Shown: piece after piece, positions 12,194-24,200 of the stretch
How the letters are laid out: every line of letters starts with the position of its first letter
How positions within the stretch are numbered: the first letter of the stretch is position 1
From: Raillietiella orientalis
Lineage: Eukaryota
Direction of reading: 5' to 3'
NCBI GenBank assembly: GCA_036172245.1
Contig: JAYWIR010000017.1
Coordinates: forward strand, 2,170,001 to 2,234,000
Length of the DNA: 64,000 nucleotides
Program-made: the position numbers and the translations under genes
The notes under the pieces: generated by a model
What the model was told of the DNA's origin: nothing
Databases searched by the model: none
The model's input: only the letters and a program-made list of their open reading frames with translations

Positions 12194-14313
12194 AGGATGT
12201 CGATTAAAGCATTTGTGTTAACATACCATTTTATGATAAATATTTTGAACAATAAAGCATCGAAAGCAGAATTTCCAGTTGCAAATTACTCACGGTATGA
12301 TAATTCTTTAAGCAGCTAGCAGATTTTCTGGGTTTAATCCTTTGTTCCACTCTTTGTAATAGGTTGGATGAGTAAGCATTTTCATTACAATTATTCTTCT
12401 GTTTATTCTTTGCATTTTTAGTCTTGAATGTGTAAAAATGAATGTTCTCACTCCTGCTTATAACTTATGGAAGGTTCATATGTTATTGAGAATTTTTTCC
12501 TATTTAGCAAATATGGAAAGCCAGTCATTAAATTTTGCCAGAGGACATAGTGCCTGCAGACATTAAATTAATTCCTGAGAACAGTTTTGGTTGCCAGAAT
12601 TAACTTCTCTTATAAATAGTGCTTGAAGGCAATTGTATTAGAAAATTGTTAATGTATAGGATACTATAAGCAAAGATAGCATCCAGCAAGAAGTTGATGG
12701 TGTACATAATTTGATACAAAGCCTCTCTTCAAGACCAGAATGGCCAGAAGCCATTTGTATGAAGAGTATTAATAATGTGGAACCCTTATAAGCAATTTTG
12801 GCGGAATTTCAGTTACAAAATGCAATTATGTTTGCCATGATTTCTTAATAAATCATTAGTTTATAGTGGTACAAAGTCAAGTATCACATTTAGTGAATAC
12901 AAATTCATTCACGAATAGCATCATATGAATTCTTTTAAGTAAACTTTCTTTTAACTGAAAACCAGATGTGTAGGATTGATTTGGTACTCTTAGAGATTGA
13001 TACTGCTCATGCTTCTGTAAGTACACTATCGTGAACATGGCACATAATTTTTGTTCTAAGAAATACACCAGATAAATTCATAGACTGGATTACTATGATC
13101 TTTCATCATGCAAAATACACACAATTTGATTAAAACCAGTGCATTTTGCTTCATCATAGATCACATTTAGATCATATGATTGGTGGCACATAATGATGGA
13201 ACAAACCATGTCATTTTGTGCTTGGCTCAGAATTAACTTGTGCTAGCATTATGCAGTGCTCATGCCTTCAGAGTGATGAATCAGAGCATAAAAGGTAAAC
13301 AACAGTTAGAACAAAGAGAATTAGGAGGCCATAACTTAACAATTATTTAGGTTTAAAATTTTTATTTAAAGTACTAAAATAACTACTCTGTAAAAATATA
13401 CAGAGTCCTGATCAGGCTTAAGGATATGGCTGGTAAGACTCCAAATTGAGTTTATTTAAGCCAGTTTGCAATTGCAAATTTAAGAAAGAGATATGCAAAC
13501 TTCAGAATTTCTTAAATTATTTCTGGTATCAGATGCTTACATCATAAAGCTTATTTTAATTTTGTTTTGCATAGTATTCTGTTATATTTACCATTAAAAT
13601 GATCTCATGTGATTTTGTTTTATAATCTTTTCTTGTTGAACAGTCATACATTGATTAAAATTTTAAAAAAAACCTCTGATGTGAATTGATTAAATATTAA
13701 TTCCTGGCAGATTTTTTTTTCTTCCCATTTTTTTAAGCTTGAATTTTTGCAATATTCTGAAAGCTATGGACTATTCAAATTCCAGAGATGTGTAGATTGG
13801 CTTTACAAAGACATATGAAAGGATTTTTATTTAACCAAATATGGTGTATTGTCTTTAAGCCAACAAATGTTAGTATTTCACAATGATTATGAACACAAAG
13901 TTTCAAGCACTTGTTCTGCATAGTTTTCATGCACATGAATGCTTGCTGTAAATGTGTACGACAAGATGACTGCAAATTTCTAGGTGCTGTGGCAAAGCAT
14001 ACTCAGATCAGCAAAATTTTCGTTGATAAACAGTTTACATGATGCTGTCTGTGGCTATGCTGAGATTATTTGCAATAAAAACATCCTAACAATGTTAATG
14101 GCATTACACATTAACAAGTGTATGTGTAATTCGACATGAGACTGAAAGTTCGAATTAAGAGTCCACCATATGCAGTTGCAAAAAAATTCAAATACCATAT
14201 ACTATGTGCTTAAGTAAATTCTATAATGTGGATAAGTTGTTTCAATATATCTATCAAATACTTAGTACTAACTTTAGGATACAACCTGCATTTTTTACAA
14301 GATGCTGTGTAGC

Positions 14314-15465
14314 TCATATTGCTAATTTACGCAAATATTCCATGGTTTCTTCAGGTAAAACGATCGTTGTTGTAAAATTGGGTCCAGATATCAAATTTTC
14401 AGATATATCTGTTGTTGTGCAGGAACTAAGAATCTTATTGATGGGTGTGGCATTCACTGCAGCAGGTATAATAGGTGAAGACTCATTCAGCTGTTCTTTG
14501 AAACAATTCTCAAAATTCAGTTTCGCAGGAAACGTTTTGCAGAAATTTGATGTATGAGATAGTTGCTGTTCTTTGTTTCCATTAGATTCTTCTCCAGATT
14601 CCTTGCCTGACTTACGACATTTTACTATTAAGCCTGGACTAATTTCCTCTACATTATTACTGTTCTGCACCAAAACATACTTTAAAGCAGTTTTGAAAAC
14701 TCAAAGTACTTACGCAAGTGCGATAATCAGAAATCTTCATATCAGATATGGCAGCATCTAACAAAAAAATTAGCTGAATGAATTGCAAATGAGCACTGAA
14801 AGTTGGTATTCAGCAATTGAGTTCATCTATCTGATATATATGTAATCGTGAGACAATTAAAAATATTTGAAACAACAACAAAAAGTTAAAGTTAAACGTT
14901 AAATGTCTAATTAGGAGTTTATAAAACGTAGCAAAACTTCATTTCCCTACCTAATGTATCAGTTGCATGAGACCTTTCGTGGCTTTTTTCTGTTTCTGCA
15001 GCTGTATCATCAGTCCTCAAATGTGAAGGTTTGAACCCATATTCTATTAGATACTTTTCAATTTCGGTAATTTCGTTGCATTTGTCCCTCAGGAACAACT
15101 CTGCTTCCACAATCTTGGCTTCATACTGTACCTCTAAAGCTTTTATTTCTTCTAGAAGATTTGTAGCTGTACACTAAGTCATCAATGGAACAAATTATTA
15201 ATGGTGATTGAACAAGTTAACTTAAAAGTTCAATCTGAATGGTTGCACTTATATATTTATAAACATACATGTAATAGGCACATATCACATGAACAACATA
15301 GCATACCTTCGCAGCATGGGTTTTGTTTTTTTGGTCCAACACGTACTCTTTTGCTGATGTCATATTAGGAAACCTTTTACACAAAAGATCATCAAGTGTA
15401 ATACTCTCTAAACTTTTAGCAATGTTTTGCAGCGTGGAAAAAATAAAGTCGATTTTGTTGTTCAT
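14314..15465 (-). CDS. SKA3: Probable spindle and kinetochore-associated protein 3 (SKA3)-like, about 258 aa, 4 exons
   Basis: In-frame exons 15465-15307, 15173-14951, 14757-14714 and 14664-14314. IDFIFSTLQNIAKSLE and EITEIEKYLIEYGFKP resemble the SKA3 N-terminal domain (human IRSFCGKLRSLASTLD...DIMKIREYFQKYGYSP); the C-terminus carries SP/TP sites. The gene structure is solid; the identity is tentative. Confidence 0.55.
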
Positions 15466-16165
15466 CTTACTGATGATTACAAAGAAAGAAATACTCTCTT
15501 CATATGAAAATGATCAAACATTGCTTCGTTTGGGGACACTTTAGAGAATGAAACGCATTCGGCTCTGAAGAGAACAAAGTGCTGATCAAAGTTTCGAGCC
15601 AATGACAACAGATTTAAATTTCCCGCCAAGTACGGTCACCAACTTTTTTATTTTTGAACCTCAATTGATAGATTTCCAAAATTTCATTCCGATATGATGG
15701 CAAACAAAATGTCATAGACACTCATAAAACTATGAAAAGTTACCTGTGTTGCGTCTATATCGCGCACCTAATAAATTTGGTGTTCATTTGCTCGACATAA
15801 CATAATAATTTATATGTATCTTTCAAATACTCAAGTTATAAACACAAACCGAAAATAGCAAGAAAGTACTTATCCCATCTGTCGATTTCTATGAATCCCT
15901 AAATGATTCTAAATGTTCAGAGCAAATATGAAATTAAAACAATTCAATTTATCTTTAATCGTGAATCTGTTTAATCTGTTTGAAACAACACTACTTTAAC
16001 ATAACAAAGTTTCAGAAACCACAATTTTTAAAGTATGCTATTATTTACCCTAGTCATGCTTTAACAAGAAACACTGGTAGCGATCTTTGTTTAGATCGTT
16101 CCTTTTCAGTGATATTTTTTTTCTGGTGAGTCAACAAAATTGCGAAAACCTTTCTTGTACGGCAA

Positions 16166-16470
16166 TTGGGGATTGGTGGTGATCGCCCTTTGAATCCAGG
16201 AAGGGCTCGGAGTCCATTCCTTTCACTCCTGGGGAGGGATCCCCGTAATGGAGATCGCCTCTACCCTGGTTGTCTCCGAAGGGGAACCCCAAAGGGAATC
16301 CCTTTTCTTGTTCTCTCCGGAGGGACCCCCGGAGGAGTCCGCTCCATTTTTTCTTCTCCCATGGGAACCCGGAAAGGATCCCCTATCAGCAATTTCTTCT
16401 CCTGAGGGATCCCGCAAGGAACCGCTCCTGTTTACTCCTCTGAAGGGAACCCCGAAGCGACGCGTTAACA
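16166..16470 (-). mobile_element. SINE 3' module only (same family as 46310-47105)
   Basis: Reverse-complement similarity to 46790-47085 (NPGRARSPFLS...PGCLRRGTPKGI appears in both translations). Confidence 0.8.
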
Positions 16471-19400
16471 CTTCGTTCTTTGTGGATTATTGGTGACTGG
16501 GATGAACCTTGATCAGTTTCTATGAGCTATCGACGTTCATCTAAACAAATTTCTAAAAAGCAGCAAAGCAGCATTAGCTGGAAAATACGTTCAAGCTACT
16601 TCACTGGCAAGATTACCTTGAAGAGAGGATTGTGTAATTTTTACACAAGGATAAGTATCTTATTAATTATTTTTCTGTCATCAAACTCATGAAGGTAGCT
16701 TGAAAGTGACTGAATACCTCATTTGCAGTGATTAAGAAAAATTAATACCTAATGTTTTGTTTGTCTCTATTCCTTGGAAGGCATTCCAAGAATGGACTGC
16801 AATTCAATGCAATAATCTGAATTATTGCGGTTCCATTCTTTGCAAAAAATAATTTGCAAAAAAGTAAAAGAAAGGATGTGATATTTAGATTAAGAAAATT
16901 ACAAGACGCTTTTCCTAATGATTAGTAATTGATTTTATTCGTTTTCCCTCTCTCTCTCTCTCAACTGATGCTTGCATGACTCCTTTTGAATCGTTCTTTC
17001 GCGTGAAACTACTTAGAACTATTGTTTCAAGAAGAGCTAACCAGATGGCCAGCAGATTTAAATGCCTTCTCATTTCTTTTAGAATGAATTCACCTCTCCT
17101 GAATATGGTTTCTTAAAAATCAAACCGATGCTCAATAGCTGAGAGTTTTCATGAAACCAATACACTACGTGCTCGTTTCTTGTCTTTGAATATTTCTGTA
17201 AGTGGTCGGAAATGTTGATCAGACACATTCAGCTCATTCCGTTACGCAAGTCCAAAATCGAAATTCACTGAGGATAATGTGTGAAAAACGATGCTCTGAC
17301 GGCCTTCCCATTTGAAAGGAATCAGTGGAACTGACTTTTACTTATTCATTAAGAAGCAGCCAAATATGGAAAATAGTGAAGCCTGTGAGGAGCAAAATAT
17401 TGCTTGTTTTGATCGCAACTGCCGCTATTAATATACCTTTGGAAGAAATACATGGTCGCAGCGTTCTCGATAGTCAAACAGAATATAAAAATTCGACAGT
17501 GTAATCATAACAAGCAGGCATTTGCTTATTTTTTTTTGTTCACGCTTGCCAGCTTAACTGAAGTGGAATTATGGAATGCCTTTGCAACTATTTAGGAAAT
17601 GCATGTAAAGGAAAAATAGGTCCCAAAGTGCCCTGTGAAATTCAGTAAAGTAATATCGATGGAAAACTCAAGTGGAGATCTGCAATTGAATCAATTCATG
17701 ATAAGTAACGAGGTTTGAAAGAACCACTTACAGCAAGAAACGTGACAGCAAAAGGATCCACTGAATTTATCTACCTATTTTTCTTAGAGAAATGGAACAT
17801 CGACTGCAAAACCAAAAAAATTTTTTTTTCAAATGGAAAGCAAGTCATTTCATTTCTAGAAACTCGTAAGCAAGCCATCATAGTACAACATATTATCAGT
17901 GCAAAAAAACATTCTTGATGGAAAGAAGGTTTTGTCGTGAAAGCTCAAAGAACGAGTGCCCAAGGTCGTATCAGACTTGGTCACGTCATTCTCTTTTTTA
18001 ATGGAATTGGAGAAAAATCAGCTTTAAAGAACGTCAGTCAGTTGAGAGAGACCACGTATTCCCTATCCGCTGGCACCTTCGGGAACACAAAAGCAGTGTC
18101 CTATTTATTATCCTCATTTGTTGGAAGGAACCCTGCATGAGATAAATATTTACAGAAACTATCAACAAGAGGAAAACGTCAAGATTATCAAGTAACTACG
18201 GACGAATGCGATCGGCCTGAAGTTTTGTAATATTTCCGCGGTGAATTTGTTTGGAACGGCATGATGTTTTGAAAACCGAATTTCCTGCTGCACTGCTTTC
18301 TTTCCATTGCATCCTCTTTCCTGTTTATCCTGACGTTATTTATCCATTGCTCATCGATTTGCAATTGCCATGTTTATTCATCGCTCGTAGTTTTCGATTC
18401 ATATGCTTATGATTTACTATCAGGTCGTCAAGAACAGGATGAATCGCCAGCTGAAGGTTACGCACGCATTTCTCGAGACATGGGAAAAGAGAAGACGAAC
18501 CAAAAGTGGTGTAGAAGATGCGAGCAGAGGAAAAGTCGAAAATCAGTTTATTCCTTTGAGAAGGATCCCGGATTTTGCGCAGTAGACTGTACAGTAGATC
18601 CGCGAGCAGTGAATCCGGGATCAACACAGGGATTTGTACAGGAGATCCAGGATTCCCCCCTCGCTCGCTAAATGACAACCATGCAGAGAGAACCATGAAA
18701 TTCAAAACAGTCTCTCAGATCATCACATCAACTGTACGGAAAAGCAAGAATGTCGCATCAAGGAGGAGGTGCACTTATGTTTGGGGATCGATGTGTTCCG
18801 TGAGAATTATGAGATATTTCACGGTCGTGGAACGCGAAAGTGCTGGTAAAAATACAGAATGAAACGTCCTGACAGAGTCGCTGGTCTGTAAAATGGGATT
18901 TTGTTTGAAGCCACTCGGGGAACAATCAATGTATTTACACATCTGTGCTAGCGAGATCAGAAAGTGATTGCCGAATGATAAATTCATAGTCCGCTTGTTA
19001 CAGTTATTCATGTTTCAAGTTCCGAGTTTCCTGTCGAAGATTCTTTTAAAAAAAGAACTGGGAGCAACTAAGGAGAATCCACGGCGAGACAGGCAGCAAA
19101 AGCACGCTTAGAGTACACGTTCAAGGAGAATTTCCTGTGTCTGTGTCAACACCATTCTAACTCTACTGCAGAGCGTTCGCAGCAACTTTTGTATCACACA
19201 AACGCTAAAACTTCATTGTCCAAGGTCGCGATGCTGAACAAGTAAAGAGATGATCATGGTCTCATTGAGGCACGTGAATTTTTTACTAGCTTACTGGCAG
19301 TCCTCTTGTGATATAGTCGCAGAGCATGATTCTACTTGTTCAGCGACTTTTTAGAAGGAGGCTGTGTAGATTGCTTACAAGTATTTGTGATTACGTTTTG

Positions 19401-20701
19401 CAAGCATCTCGGGGCTGTTTTTTTTAATTCTGTGCTTCGATATTGGTAGCTCACTTAAGTCCAAAATATCCGTGGGGACCTCAGTGTGGCCGTGCTACAT
19501 TGAGCTTTCCACAACACAGATGCTTTCGAGTTACCCATCCCGAAATTCATTCCATCGAATTTCCCAGCAAGTCCATAGTGTTCTCCGAAATTCGAACTTA
19601 CAGAGCGGGATTAAAAGTCTTTCGATGATGGTCCCTGTTTACGATCAGCAAACATGGAAATGCGAATTCGTGCTTGCAAATATTCCCGACCCAAAAACGC
19701 AATGATTCTTCTGGATGAAGAGCCCCACCCATAAATCATGCCTCAACAGAAGCCAAATGGTCGGGTTTATGGATACACATCCATTCTAATCAAATTAAAA
19801 AAACACAGAAAGCAGTCAAAAGTCGAACGGACAGCAATGTATTTAAAACTATAAAAACATAAAGAAGCTGAGCTCTGCGAGATGATGTCATCGCCGGCTC
19901 TGCTTTCACTACCATCAAAGTTCATGTTACATACCAAGAAACAGACAAATATTTTCTTGAAAACTCACATTATATGAGTCCCCCCCTCCAAAAAAAAAAA
20001 AAAAATAGAAAAAAGATCCTACTGTAGGTTTCTCGGTGAGTAGCTTCAATCTAATGTCGCTGGAGAAGCTGGTCTCTCCAGAACTCTTTGAATGAACGCG
20101 CTACGGGTACATTTGAGCAGTGTTCAATGAACGCAAACAATTTGCAACACATTGGCACCATTTACTTTGAAAGGTCTTTTGTTCTTCTTGATCTAGAGGA
20201 AGGAAAAAATGATATTTTTCTGTAGACTCATTCACAAATGGATTCGAACGAGGAAATCGAACTATCCTTGATATCTTACCATTTTCCTTCCCTCAAAAGA
20301 AAAAAGGAAAGAAAGACAAGAAAAAAGACGAATCCTGGCTACCGGAATCTCCAAAATAAACATCCAACTGGAAACAGTTCATCTGACTTTCTCCTGGATC
20401 TTTTAGAATAACCAGATACTTGATGTCACTTAGGAATAAATACACCGAAACTTTTTGAAGAATGCTTTCATCTCGAACATTTCCGATTCTCAGTAAACTG
20501 CCCAAGAAGCACATTCCGATCATGACATCAAGAAGAGTTAATAATACCTTTGGTTATTAGGAAGAAAAAAAATTCCCAAATTATGTTTGATTAACCTGTG
20601 TTGAATGGACATCTGTGTTAACATCATTCCAATTAAATTCTTTCCTAGGTAGCCGCAAGGAACAGGAATCGAAACATAGCCTTTACTCAAAGAGTTACTC
20701 A

Positions 20702-21247
20702 GACGAGGGCTGCAGGGCATGCGGTGACGTGGACACGAGACTTCATGTCTTGATCTGCCCCACAATGGACCCAGAATGGCAAACCCTGAAAAGGGTCATA
20801 AGAATGAAGACCAGCACGACGATGGAAATCCTGACCGAGATGTTCCAAGGGACCGGAAACATCCCCTGATACAACTCGATGTTGTCAGGACGACCATCAC
20901 CCTCTTCACCACCGCCATTCTTATACGATGTTAGAAGATGAAGACAGCAAGGACGGCCGTGTCTCCCTCGGAAATCCTGAAAGGGATTATCCAAAGGGAG
21001 ATTGGTATCCGGAACTGTAGATGAGCACCCGCCTGGACGTACTGATACATCCTAAAAAGGATTGAGGACACCGTCCAGGCTCATCCAATCCCCAGTCTCC
21101 CCTAGTGCAGAGCCTCAGTGCGGTGACCCAAGGAAGTGAACATCGAAGGCAACGCACGAGACACCCCTGTTCTTCAGTGAACGTGATTGTAACGTGAATG
21201 AATGAAAAAGAAAATAAATTTACCCCACCCCTCGTGGGACTGGGGAA
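20702..21247 (+). mobile_element. 5'-truncated L1/Tx1-like LINE with C-terminal CCHC zinc finger and 17-bp target-site duplication
   Basis: CRACGDVDTRLHVLICP motif. Ends AATAAA-TTTACCCCACCCCTCGTGGGACTGGGG-AAA. Flanked by ACTCAAAGAGTTACTCA (20685-20701) and ACTCAAAGAATTTCTCA (21248-21264). Confidence 0.88.
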
Positions 21248-24200
21248 ACTCAAAGAATTTCTCAAAAGCAAACATGATCTTCACTCAAATAGACAGGAAA
21301 GTTTCTCTCTCATATGTATGGAATTCGTGGACCACCTAAGTACTCGTTGCCAAGTATTTCTTGACTGTGTCAGATATACCTTGCTTAGATAAAGGTTTTG
21401 GGAAAGGGGATCGCCTTGAAGAAAGCTTCAAACCAACAGCCTTAACGGATGTCTTCTGTTTGGCCTCCAAGTACAATTTGTTGTATCTTTTTTTACCCGA
21501 TAAAAGTGAACTGTTCCGTACATACATGTGTATAAAATGATATTCTGTAGAAATCTAATTTACATAAGAGCTGAATGGCATAAGTTGAATGTGATAATGC
21601 AAATATGTTTTGTACATATGCAATATCAATCGTCCAGTGTATGAATATCATGCAAACGCATGAATGTTATCCAAATTACAAGAGTAGGAAACACTTGTGT
21701 ATTTTCATAAACACGAAGGTATGTTTACACATAGCAAGCAGATTCGGCATTTCTCATAATTCACCGCTGTAAAATTTTAGGCACTTTAAACAGTCGAAGT
21801 ACTTTCTCTCTTACTCTTACCATAGAAACTGCATTCAGCGTTGCGAAATCAAAGCCACAAGATTAAGACTCTCACGAGACTGATAATGTGAGTGCAATCT
21901 GCTTTCTTTCTTTCTTTTTTTCCCCACTGATGGTACATTTCATGTGCTTATCACTGTCAATAATAAAAACATTGCGATAAATTTGAAAAATTCTGTCTGG
22001 GGTGGTTACTTTTCTTGTTAAATTGCAGTTGGGGAATGTATGGACTGAAAACAGGCAACAGGAAACGGGAGGAGATATTATGCACTAGATTTGCAAGAAC
22101 TCCCAATAACAGCTTCATTACATTTTGCATATCGAGTAGCATTTCATCTGTGTTTGCAGTTTTCAATCACATTTGATATCTTCTATAAATAACTACAGAT
22201 ATGTGTTACACATATTGTTTTTTTGTACTTTTTTTTGTACTACATGCTTTCTTGATTTACATTTTTTGTATGCTTTTCCTATTTGCATTTAGGGCCATTT
22301 GAGATTGATGTCTGTTTTTCATTGCTCTGTATTCAAACTATTTCATCTGAGAGTCCTAATGTCGGATCATGGTGCCTCTTGGACCTCTTTCCATGCTAAA
22401 AAGGCACTAAAAGCACTCCACGGATTTTCCTTGCTTTTCGTTGATGGTGCCTATCTTTTGATGATTCCTCAGTATACGAACCTATTCTTTTGCCTTCTCT
22501 TTTCGCACATAAAATCTTCCCTGTTTGAATACTAAATACAAATACAAGAAAGTGCCACATAAGAAGATGGATTTCCATGCAAGGTTGTAAACGTCTTTGG
22601 TCTCTGATCAGCTCAGAAACTCCGTGGGCGTACATCCTCTGCGGAAAGCAAGTCACTGTCTCTTCTCAGCTTTTCTCAAGTGTGCTATGCGGAAATGGTT
22701 GGGTTCTCAGAATTCCGGATGTAGCACATCAGTTTGTATTTGCACATTTGCCATCCTTCACAACATTTTCGGTAACATTTGATAATGAGATTGCAATTAC
22801 TGTTCCTATGGAAAATCTCATTTTCATGTGTGCAACGAGTAAGCTTTTTCGATTTCATGAACTTGAGTGCTTTTAAGAGTGAAACACTGGTGTATGCTGT
22901 TCATACACATTCTGCAGGTAAGCCATCTTGCTTGAGTAAGTTGCACAGGGCCACGGGAAATCAACCAGAGAATTCAGAACGTGCCCAGCATCAGGACTCC
23001 TCAAAGACTCGTAATTAGCTCAAAGGCTCTCATTCTTTTTGTTGGATCAAAATGTGCTCCTGGAAGCTGAGCCATTCGAAATTGCTTCATAGAGATTTGC
23101 TCGCGATGAGATCTGCAACAGGCCAGCCAGAAACATTAAAGTCGAGTTTAACATCCTGCAAATTCATGTGCTCGATCCCCCAATAAGGGATTCACGATCC
23201 AAACTCGTGATTTTCCATTGGAGAACAGGACAACCCCTGCCGCCGAATCAAGAAAGGATGATGAAGTGACCCTTAACTGTCCAAAGTCCTGTTTTCTTTT
23301 CTAAAATCCAACCAGTTAAAAGGCGTTCCAAGGCCAGTCCCAATAAACCAGTTCCAAGGCGACTCCAAGTCTTATTTCGCAAAACAGAAATCGGTTGAAA
23401 AGAGGCCGAACCAAGAAACAGTACTCGTAATCTTTTCTAAAACCAAAATTCCTTCTAGTCTTTTGATTTTTCTTCTTTGCAATCTTCTTGAAACGGGAAG
23501 AGAAAAAAAATTGTTAAAAAGGGAAAAGAACCCAGCTTATAAGAAATTCTAAGAAGTCGCAGTGTAAAGTGAAAATAAAAGGGTCCAAACAGGATTGAAA
23601 GAATGCAGACCAGAGGAAGTGCTACATATCCACTGCACCGCGGAAACGGGTAATTGCTAAGGTAATAATTGGCAAGACTAAGGACAGTTTTCTGGAACCT
23701 TTGGTATACCTTAAGGTACAACGGGAAAAACTTCTCTTGGCGTCCATTACAGAGATCATTTTTTGTGTGGAAAAAGTGCATGCATCTTTTGTGACACAAA
23801 CATATGGATGCAAACGAAGATTCGATTTGAAGTGTTCCGCTCCTCTTCCCCCCCAAAATAAGTTCGGGTACCCAGTTTCCTTCCTCAAAGATCATGTTAT
23901 CTCTTTGGTCACCCTTTGAGGACGTGTTCAGCCGCATGCAACCTCCATCGTGAGAAATTTCAAGCCCCAATCCTTCCAGATTACATACTTTGCTATAGGT
24001 ATTCTTCCTGAAAATGTGTAAAATGATTTGTCGAAATCTGATTTCTGAAATATCTGTGAAGATCATTTGATTACAATAACATGATTCCTTTTACCAGATT
24101 ACTGCAGACAACACCACAATGGAGTAGAATCCACTCATGATTAATGTGATGAGCAACTAACATGTGAAAGAGCCAGTTCCAAGGCGACCCTTCTCGCTCG

